Positions 8,767 through 15,718 of a DNA stretch of 23,162 nt are shown one piece after another. Each line of letters begins with the position of its first letter. Position 1 is the first letter of the stretch. The notes below the pieces were generated by a model, which saw only the letters and a list, made by a program, of their open reading frames with translations, was not told the DNA's origin and made no database searches. A program made the translations under genes and the position numbers. The stretch lies in NCBI GenBank assembly GCA_044356215.1, contig JBIKWQ010000056.1:1-23162 (forward strand), read 5' to 3'. Source of the DNA: Bdellovibrionota bacterium (GTDB taxonomy: Bacteria; Bdellovibrionota_C; UBA2361; OMII01).

Positions 8767-9807
8767 ATGTCAAAGATAAAATTCGGTGATGTCGAGGAGA
8801 CTGTAGTTACACGTGACGAGTTCCCGATGTCAAAAGCGCGCCAGGTTCTTGGCTCACAGACGATCGCGGTTCTTGGATACGGTGTTCAGGGGCCAGCACA
8901 GGCGCTTAATCTGCGTGATAATGAGTTTAATGCGATCGTAGGTCAACGCGAGGGAACCTCCTCATGGGATAAGGCCGTCGAGGATGGTTGGGTGCCAGGT
9001 GAGACGCTTTTCTCAATTGAGGAAGCCGCTAAGCGCGGAGAGATGATTCTAAATCTCCTCTCAGACGCTGGACAGATCGCCGCCTGGCCAACGATTAAAC
9101 CAGCTTTAACTAACGGTAAGATGCTTGTTTTCTCGCACGGCTTCGGTGTTGTTTTTAACGAGAGCACAGAGATCGTTCCACCGACAGAGATAGATGTAGC
9201 GTTAGTCGCTCCAAAGGGATCGGGCCGTTCAGTAAGAAGATTGTTCCAGCAAAATAAGGGGATCAACTCTAGCTTCGCGATTCACCAGGATTATACCGGA
9301 AAAGCTCGCGATAGGATCTGCGCGCTAGGTATCGCGATAGGATCTGGTTACCTCTTTGAGACTACATTTAGAAACGAGGTGGTAAGCGACCTAGTTGGAG
9401 AGCGTGGTGTTTTGATGGGAGCTTTGGCGGGAATTATCGAGGCTCAGTATCGATTGCTGCGTAAGCACGGCCATTCACCAAGTGAGGCTTTTAACGAGAC
9501 GGTAGAGGAGTTAACGCAGAGCTTAGTTCCTCTAGTTGCGGAGAACGGTATGGACTGGATGTACGAGAGCTGCTCGACTACAGCTCAGCGTGGAGCTCTT
9601 GATTGGAGGCATAAATTCCGCGAGGCGGTAACTCCAGTTTTTGAGGATCTCTATCAGAGCGTCGCCTCAGGTGAGGAGGCTAAGGTGGTGATTAAAGCTA
9701 ACAACGCCTCGAACTACAAGGAAAAACTCGGCGCCGAGTTAAAGGACTTGAGAGAGTCTGAGCTCTGGAAAACGGGAGTAGTAGTACGCAATTTGCGACC
9801 GGAATAG
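8767..9807 (+). CDS. ilvC: Ketol-acid reductoisomerase (Ilv5/Bacteroidetes-like class)
   Basis: GYGVQG Rossmann motif, SHGF, VAPKGSG, SDLVGERGVLMG, GHSPSEAFNETVEE, CSTTAQRGALDW; SD AGGAG. Confidence 0.96.
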   Translation: MSKIKFGDVEETVVTRDEFPMSKARQVLGSQTIAVLGYGVQGPAQALNLRDNEFNAIVGQREGTSSWDKAVEDGWVPGETLFSIEEAAKRGEMILNLLSDAGQIAAWPTIKPALTNGKMLVFSHGFGVVFNESTEIVPPTEIDVALVAPKGSGRSVRRLFQQNKGINSSFAIHQDYTGKARDRICALGIAIGSGYLFETTFRNEVVSDLVGERGVLMGALAGIIEAQYRLLRKHGHSPSEAFNETVEELTQSLVPLVAENGMDWMYESCSTTAQRGALDWRHKFREAVTPVFEDLYQSVASGEEAKVVIKANNASNYKEKLGAELKDLRESELWKTGVVVRNLRPE

Positions 9808-9831
9808 GATTGTTAAAAGGAAAATACTCAC

Positions 9832-11505
9832 GTGAAAAAGCTCAACAGGTACAGCGCTCGGATCACCGAGCCAAAGTCTCAAGGCGCTTCGCAGGCGATG
9901 TTATACGCTACCGGTCTAACGCCGGAGCAGATGTCTAAAGCTCAAGTTGGCATCGCGAGCATGTGGTATGAGGGGAATAGTTGTAATATGCACCTCCTCA
10001 AACTGTCAGAGGCGATTAAGCGAGGAGTAGAGAGCGCTGACCTGGTGGGCATGCGTTTTAATACGATCGGGGTAAGTGATGGTATCTCGATGGGTACGGA
10101 GGGTATGAGCTACTCTCTGCCATCGAGAGATGTAATCGCTGACTCGATCGAAACGATCATGCGCGCTCAGTGGTACGACGCCGTAATCACAGTTCCAGGT
10201 TGCGATAAGAATATGCCGGGATCTCTGATCGCGATGGCGAGGTTAAATCGCCCAGGATTGATGGTCTACGGTGGAACGATTCGCGCTGGCTGCGCGAAAT
10301 CAAAGAAATTAGATATCGTCTCCGCGTTTCAAAGTTATGGCGAAGCCATAGCGGGATTAATCAGTGAGGAGGAGCGTGAGGAGATCGTTAAGAAGTCGTG
10401 CCCTGGACCGGGAGCGTGCGGCGGTATGTACACCGCTAACACCATGGCGACAGCGATTGAGGCGATGGGGATGAGCTTGCCGTATTCGTCATCTTATCCC
10501 GCTGATAGTGATGAGAAGCTAGCCGAGTGTGAGCGAGTCGGCGCTGTTACACGCAAGCTATTAGAGCTTGATCTAAAGCCCCGTGATATTATGACTCGAC
10601 GAGCTTTTGAGAACGCCTTAGTTGTAACTATGGCTTTAGGTGGATCGACTAACGCGGTCCTTCACCTGATAGCGATGGCTCGTGCGGCCTGTGTAGAATT
10701 GAACCTGGCTGATTTTCAACATGTGAGCGATAAGGTTCCATTTATAGCGGATCTAAAGCCCAGCGGTTCGTATGTTATGGAGGATCTCTTTGAGGTTGGA
10801 GGGGTTCCTGGGGTCTTAAAGCTGCTACTACGCGAGGGATTGATCGATGGCTCCTGCATCACCGTCACCGGAGGGACGCTCGCTGATAATTTAGGGCCTC
10901 TTCCTGACTTGAGATCTGGCCAGAAGATAATTATGCCACTTAGCAATCCGATCAAGTCGACTGGTCACATTCAGATACTGACCGGTAATCTCGCCCCAGA
11001 GGGCTCTGTGGCCAAGATAACAGGCAAGGAGGGCTTAATCTTCTCGGGAGTCGCTGTTGTTTATGACTCTGAGGAGGAGATGTTAAGTGGGTTAGAGCGC
11101 GGAGAGATAACCAAGGGTAGTGTGGTAGTGATTCGTTACGAGGGGCCTAAAGGTGGTCCTGGAATGCCTGAGATGTTAACACCGACATCGGCTATTATGG
11201 GGGCGGGGTTGGGCAAGGATGTAGCTTTAATTACTGACGGACGTTTCTCCGGAGGATCTCACGGCTTTCTGGTTGGTCATATATCACCTGAGGCTCAGGT
11301 TGGAGGCCCTCTGGCGCTTGTTAGAAACGGCGATAAGATAACGATCGACGCGAGTGCGAATCAGATTAGCGTTGACCTGAGTGATGAGGATCTAAAATCA
11401 AGAGCGCGTGAGTGGCGCATGCCTCAACCTAAAGCTCAAGGTGGAGTATTAGGCAAATACATAAAGCTAGTTAGCTCAGCTAGCTTTGGTTGTGTGACTG
11501 ATTAA
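9832..11505 (+). CDS. ilvD: Dihydroxy-acid dehydratase
   Basis: GTG start; [56 protein letters not shown]. Confidence 0.97.
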   Translation: MKKLNRYSARITEPKSQGASQAMLYATGLTPEQMSKAQVGIASMWYEGNSCNMHLLKLSEAIKRGVESADLVGMRFNTIGVSDGISMGTEGMSYSLPSRDVIADSIETIMRAQWYDAVITVPGCDKNMPGSLIAMARLNRPGLMVYGGTIRAGCAKSKKLDIVSAFQSYGEAIAGLISEEEREEIVKKSCPGPGACGGMYTANTMATAIEAMGMSLPYSSSYPADSDEKLAECERVGAVTRKLLELDLKPRDIMTRRAFENALVVTMALGGSTNAVLHLIAMARAACVELNLADFQHVSDKVPFIADLKPSGSYVMEDLFEVGGVPGVLKLLLREGLIDGSCITVTGGTLADNLGPLPDLRSGQKIIMPLSNPIKSTGHIQILTGNLAPEGSVAKITGKEGLIFSGVAVVYDSEEEMLSGLERGEITKGSVVVIRYEGPKGGPGMPEMLTPTSAIMGAGLGKDVALITDGRFSGGSHGFLVGHISPEAQVGGPLALVRNGDKITIDASANQISVDLSDEDLKSRAREWRMPQPKAQGGVLGKYIKLVSSASFGCVTD

Positions 11506-11545
11506 GCTATAGGGAAGGGTTTTGCCGGCCTTCCCGAGAGAGCTC
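11506..11545. repeat. Dispersed short repeat, copy 2; hairpin just after the ilvD stop
   Basis: GGGAAGG (11512-11518) pairs with CCTTCCC (11529-11535); 17-nt core identical to 230-246; no U-tract. Confidence 0.65.
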
Positions 11546-11684
11546 CACAATAGTGATAGTGAAGTTTTAGTGGGTGATATTGCTCAATGCTTTCAAGCGG
11601 TTGCCATGTATCTAGAAGCATTTCCGTGTAAGAACCGGAAATGGGGAGGGGCGGCAATCAGGAGAGGCATAAAGAGGAGCAAAA

Positions 11685-11897
11685 ATGAGCAAGCTTTTAC
11701 TATCGCTTTCGCTAGTAGCTTTTTTAAGTGTGACGGCAGGCTGTTCCCTAAAAGTGCCACGCTACAGCCAAGAGCTTGGTGGTTTTGTGATGCATGGGAA
11801 AGAGGGAGCAAAGAAAAATTCTGAAAGTGCATTGAGATCCTCGGTAGATAGTCAGAGGATCCTAAGTCAAATAAACACACTCCCTGATGAGCTATAA
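11685..11897 (+). CDS. Small predicted lipoprotein, unknown function
   Basis: Strong SD (GAGGAG), basic N-terminus, hydrophobic stretch, lipobox-like VTAG|C. Confidence 0.7.
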   Translation: MSKLLLSLSLVAFLSVTAGCSLKVPRYSQELGGFVMHGKEGAKKNSESALRSSVDSQRILSQINTLPDEL

Positions 11898-11907
11898 TAA
11901 TTATTGA

Positions 11908-11988
11908 GGATGCCAAGTAGTATTTTGAGGAACCCAGTTTAAGGCTCCTCTTACTGTTGTTAAGAAACAGGATATCTCCTTGGCATCC
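11908..11988 (-). ncRNA. Candidate structured RNA or miniature element (three-way junction)
   Basis: 10-bp perfect closing stem GGATGCCAAG/CTTGGCATCC enclosing two hairpins (11927-11950, 11954-11970); G-U pairs favour the minus strand. Confidence 0.4.
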
Positions 11989-12002
11989 CGGCTTGTGTTA
12001 AG

Positions 12003-12377
12003 CTAGGCCTTCTTTCCTTTGCATATTGGCGTGACCGTATACGACTTAGGAGCAATCTTCCACGCCGATCCTGAGATGAAGTCCACTGGTAGAGATATTA
12101 TTCCCAAATCAATAAAGATGCCGAGGAGAGTAGTAGGATCGAATTTGTCTGTTACAGGTGCAACGGTGTCCATGCAACCATCTTTGCTGGCACGTACTGT
12201 GTGAGACTCTCCGCGTTCCATGTCGACCTGCACTATATCAGTCCCGCGTGGAATGTTATCCACGTAGATAGTAGTTCCCTTTTCTAGGGAGTTAACCGTC
12301 ACAGTGTCATGGCTACCATGAATAATAGATGAGCAGCCAGTTGATAAAAGAAGAAGCACAGCCAGGAAGTTTTTCAC
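12003..12377 (-). CDS. Predicted lipoprotein with PEGA-like beta domain
   Basis: GTG start after GAGG; lipobox LSTG|CSSII; VTVNS..G.TIYVD...G segment; C-terminal hydrophobic hairpin ending VDFISGSAWK. Confidence 0.75.
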   Translation of the reverse strand: MKNFLAVLLLLSTGCSSIIHGSHDTVTVNSLEKGTTIYVDNIPRGTDIVQVDMERGESHTVRASKDGCMDTVAPVTDKFDPTTLLGIFIDLGIISLPVDFISGSAWKIAPKSYTVTPICKGKKA

Positions 12378-12562
12378 TTTTTTACCTCGTGATACAGAAT
12401 GTTTTTATGAATGCATAGGATATTACCGATGCTGTGATTTTCTTAGCAGTTATCCCGTCCAGCTGTCCATACACAAAGCTTAAGCAATAATACATTCCCC
12501 TTGCGATTATAAAATCGCCAGTCGTAGGCTCCCCTCACCAAACGACCCACTCAAAGCGATGG

Positions 12563-12940
12563 ATCCCTCGGACCGCGCGCCTCTGGCGCGCTGTGCTGCA
12601 TATCCTGATATCTTTAACATGCGGCGCGGGAGCGCCGCGCTCCGTTATTGAGCTAATCAACTTTACTGCGCGCTGCTTAATTTTTGGTAACCTGCGCAAC
12701 TACTGAGTACTATCCCTCGGACCGCGCGCCTCTGGCGCGCTGTGCTGCATCCCTCGATATCTGCAACATGCGGCGCGGGAGCGCCGCGTTCCGTTATTGA
12801 GCTAATCAACTTTACTGCGCGCTGCTTAATTTTTGGTAACCTGCGCAACCACTGTGCGCTATCCCTCGGACCGCGCGCCTCTGGCGCGCTTTTGTGGCAT
12901 CCCTCGATATCTGCTACAAGCGGCGCGGGAGCGCCGCGCT
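12563..12940. repeat. 149-bp tandem repeat (~2.5 copies) built from inverted REP-like hairpin pairs
   Basis: Units start at 12563, 12712, 12861 (ATCCCTCGGACCGCGCGCCTCTGGCGCGCT); 12641-12700 equals 12790-12849 exactly. Confidence 0.92.
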
Positions 12941-12945
12941 GCAGC

Positions 12946-15138
12946 TTATCTCTTCCCAATCCTAGCCAACTTAATCCGCAGAGAATTAGCGACGATAACA
13001 ACATCTGATCCTGTCATAATCAACGCACCAGCTAACGGTGAGATAAAACCACACGCCGCTAGCGGAATAGCTATGATGTTGTAAAAGAAAGCCCAAAAAA
13101 GGTTCTGTTTAATCGTCTTTACTGTGATGCGCGCCAATCTGATCGCTGCCGGTAGCTGATTTAATGTGTCACCAGATAAAATTATCTGACTTGAATGCAT
13201 CGCTACGTCAGATGCCGAACTTAGAGAGATCCCTACAGATGCTTCAGCTAGTGTAGGGGCGTCATTTATTCCATCGCCCACATAAGCTAAAGCGCCGGTG
13301 CTCTGTTTTTCCCGAATAATCTCTAGTTTCTGTTCGGGTAAGCGCTCGCCATAGAAATTATCGATCAACAACTTGCTCGCCACAGATCTAGTTTTACTTT
13401 CTGTATCGCCACTAATTATGGCCGTACTCAGCCCAAGCTCCTTTAGCTCTTCAATCACTCGTAGAGCCTCAGGCCTCACTGAGTCCTCTATATTTAGCGA
13501 GGCGATTAGCCGCGAATCCTTTAAAAGAACTATATCAGCATCGGGTAATTCAATACCGTTAGCGCGCATAATCACCCGGCCACCACAGAGATACCTAGAT
13601 CCAGAGTTGGCTATCCCCTCAAGTCCAACGCCCTTAGTCTCAACTACAGATGTATAGCTCTCCTTTGACCCGAAATTCGAGAACTCTCGGGAAAGCGCCT
13701 TGGCTATCGGATGCGATGAGCTTCTCTGTAGAGCGGCGATAATCCCCTTGGCCTCATCGGGTTCAATATCGTTATAAGTTTTAAAATTGGATACACTTAA
13801 TCGTCCATCGGTAAGGGTGCCGGTTTTATCAAAGGCTATCTGCTTTACGCTCGCTAGACGCTCTAATGTATCACCCCCACGGATAAGGATGCCCGATGTG
13901 GCGGCGCGTCCTAGTGCTACCATGATAGCTGTTGGCGTAGCGAGCCCCATCGCGCAAGGACAAGCGATAACGGCTATAGCCAACGCCCGCACAAGCGCCT
14001 GAGTAGATGATAAATTGAAAAACAACATCCCCGTCGCTAACACGACGATACTAATTATAATAACACCCGGAACAAATACCGCGCTTACAGAGTCTCCAAG
14101 TCGCTGTATCTGTGGCTTGCGTTGGTGAGCCTCGCTTACTAGGCGCACAATAGAAGCTAGGATCGTGTCATCGCCCACCGCACTCGCTTTGATAACAGCG
14201 GACCCTTGCAGAGCCACAGATCCGCCGATCACCTTAGCGCCACGCTGTTTATCCACTGGTAGCGATTCGCCTGAGATCATCGTCTCGTCACACGAGAGCT
14301 CGCCACTCTCAATCACGCCGTCTGTAGGGATAGTATCGCCAGAATTTACCTGAAGCATATCGCCTAGAGCGATCGCCGTCGTATCGATCTCCTCGATTCG
14401 CGAGCCGATCTCGTTATTATCCGCGGCGACTATTCTCTTAGCCTTCCGCGGCTGCAGCGCCGCCAGGCTCTCTATCGCGCTGGTGGTCTTTCTTACAGCG
14501 CGATCCTCTAATAGGTGTCCGATTAAAACGAAAGTGACGATTGAGCTTGTAGCCTCAAAGAAGATCGTCTCACCTGTTAAACCAGCAATTAGGCTGATAA
14601 CACTAGATATGAAACCAGCTATTATTCCAAGCGATATCAGCACATCCATATTCGCTATGCCAGCTCGGAGAGATCTTAAGCCAGAGGCTCCAAAGTGTAG
14701 AACCCCTATAATAAAAACCGGCGTGGCGAGGATAAATTGAAGCCACGGCTCGTGCAGAACGGAGTGCGGCAGAAACATAGCTATCAGCATTGGGGCAGTC
14801 AGAACCGCGGCTACCGCTGATTTTATATACAACGCTGAATTGTGTTCGTGGTGGTGATCTCCTAAATGGTCACCTAGCTGACCCGCTCCGTCCTTCTCGG
14901 AGTGATTTGTTACTGTATATCCCAGCCTCTCAATACTGCGGATTATCTCGGGGATCTTGTTCTCCGCCGCGACCAAGAAAGAGGTCCGTCCAGTCGCGTA
15001 GTCTATCGCTGGAGTATTCGCGCCTACTTTAAGTAGATGCTTTTCAAGTGATAGAGCGCAGTTTGTGCAGTGCATACCAGTCACAGTAAGTGTGACCTTC
15101 TGTTGTGGCCTGCGTGGATCGATCGCTGGTTGATGCAT
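12946..15138 (-). CDS. copA: Heavy-metal P1B-type ATPase, probably Cu(I) exporter
   Basis: HMA domain GMHCTNC, His-rich linker, SGES, CPCAMGLATP, DKTGT, HP, GDGINDAP, YN..AIP. Confidence 0.88.
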   Translation of the reverse strand: MHQPAIDPRRPQQKVTLTVTGMHCTNCALSLEKHLLKVGANTPAIDYATGRTSFLVAAENKIPEIIRSIERLGYTVTNHSEKDGAGQLGDHLGDHHHEHNSALYIKSAVAAVLTAPMLIAMFLPHSVLHEPWLQFILATPVFIIGVLHFGASGLRSLRAGIANMDVLISLGIIAGFISSVISLIAGLTGETIFFEATSSIVTFVLIGHLLEDRAVRKTTSAIESLAALQPRKAKRIVAADNNEIGSRIEEIDTTAIALGDMLQVNSGDTIPTDGVIESGELSCDETMISGESLPVDKQRGAKVIGGSVALQGSAVIKASAVGDDTILASIVRLVSEAHQRKPQIQRLGDSVSAVFVPGVIIISIVVLATGMLFFNLSSTQALVRALAIAVIACPCAMGLATPTAIMVALGRAATSGILIRGGDTLERLASVKQIAFDKTGTLTDGRLSVSNFKTYNDIEPDEAKGIIAALQRSSSHPIAKALSREFSNFGSKESYTSVVETKGVGLEGIANSGSRYLCGGRVIMRANGIELPDADIVLLKDSRLIASLNIEDSVRPEALRVIEELKELGLSTAIISGDTESKTRSVASKLLIDNFYGERLPEQKLEIIREKQSTGALAYVGDGINDAPTLAEASVGISLSSASDVAMHSSQIILSGDTLNQLPAAIRLARITVKTIKQNLFWAFFYNIIAIPLAACGFISPLAGALIMTGSDVVIVANSLRIKLARIGKR

Positions 15139-15148
15139 CGCGCTTTAA

Positions 15149-15694
15149 TTACCTCTCCCAAAGTCCCCGTTTAGCTTGTCTCGCCTCTTTAAACGCGCGA
15201 CCAAATCTATCTCGATACTTTAGATTCGGAGGCACCGATAGTGGATAAGCGTATCCGGATCTTAAGATCTCTTCGTTCGCCATCTTACCATCTCGGGCGT
15301 CCTGACTAGGGATCCAGATATAGGCTAACAATCTCCCATAGTGATCGCGTCTCTCAACATCGAACTCAAGGCGCACTAGGGATTTTTTGGGAAGGATCTC
15401 ACGGGTGTGATCGGCTGATCTCCTTCCTAGCTGTAGGATCGTTTTCTGATCGGTATGACGGTCCGCAGCCTGGCGCTCAGAGCGCTTATTTGGCCGGCTC
15501 TCTGGGGTGTCGATTCCGATCAGTCTGAGATGCTCACGTCGCCTATCAACCTCAACTATCACCGTGTCACCGTCGATTACCTGAACGATCTTGGCCTCGC
15601 GTGTGTTGGCTGGGATCTCGGCGAAGGCAGAACTTACACAGCTGCCGGATATAAGAGTAACTAAGACTAGAAGGCGTTTAAAATTTAACTTCAT
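15149..15694 (-). CDS. Secreted thermonuclease (SNase family)
   Basis: Signal peptide (..SAFA|E), VIDGDT, LRLIGIDTPE, DHYGRLLAYIW, AR.AKRGLW. Confidence 0.92.
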   Translation of the reverse strand: MKLNFKRLLVLVTLISGSCVSSAFAEIPANTREAKIVQVIDGDTVIVEVDRRREHLRLIGIDTPESRPNKRSERQAADRHTDQKTILQLGRRSADHTREILPKKSLVRLEFDVERRDHYGRLLAYIWIPSQDARDGKMANEEILRSGYAYPLSVPPNLKYRDRFGRAFKEARQAKRGLWER

Positions 15695-15718
15695 TCGAGG
15701 TCCTGAGAAGTGGAGGTA

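Noticed and set aside
11522..11916. ORFs 11522..11824 (+) and 11593..11916 (-)
   Set aside because: They overlap the better-supported lipoprotein gene, which has an SD and lipobox, and show no recognisable motifs.
11927..11970. Purine riboswitch (minus-strand GAGCCUUAAACU recalls an adenine riboswitch loop)
   Set aside because: The conserved junction and loop motifs (UAUAAU, AUAUGG, UUUCUAC) are missing and the element lies at gene 3' ends.
12563..12940. CRISPR array
   Set aside because: Intervening segments are identical or near-identical rather than unique spacers, the period is 149 bp, and no cas genes are present.
12663..13084. ORFs 12663..13004, 12742..13008 and 12833..13084
   Set aside because: They are read-throughs of the GC-rich repeat and overlap copA; translations merely repeat with the DNA unit.
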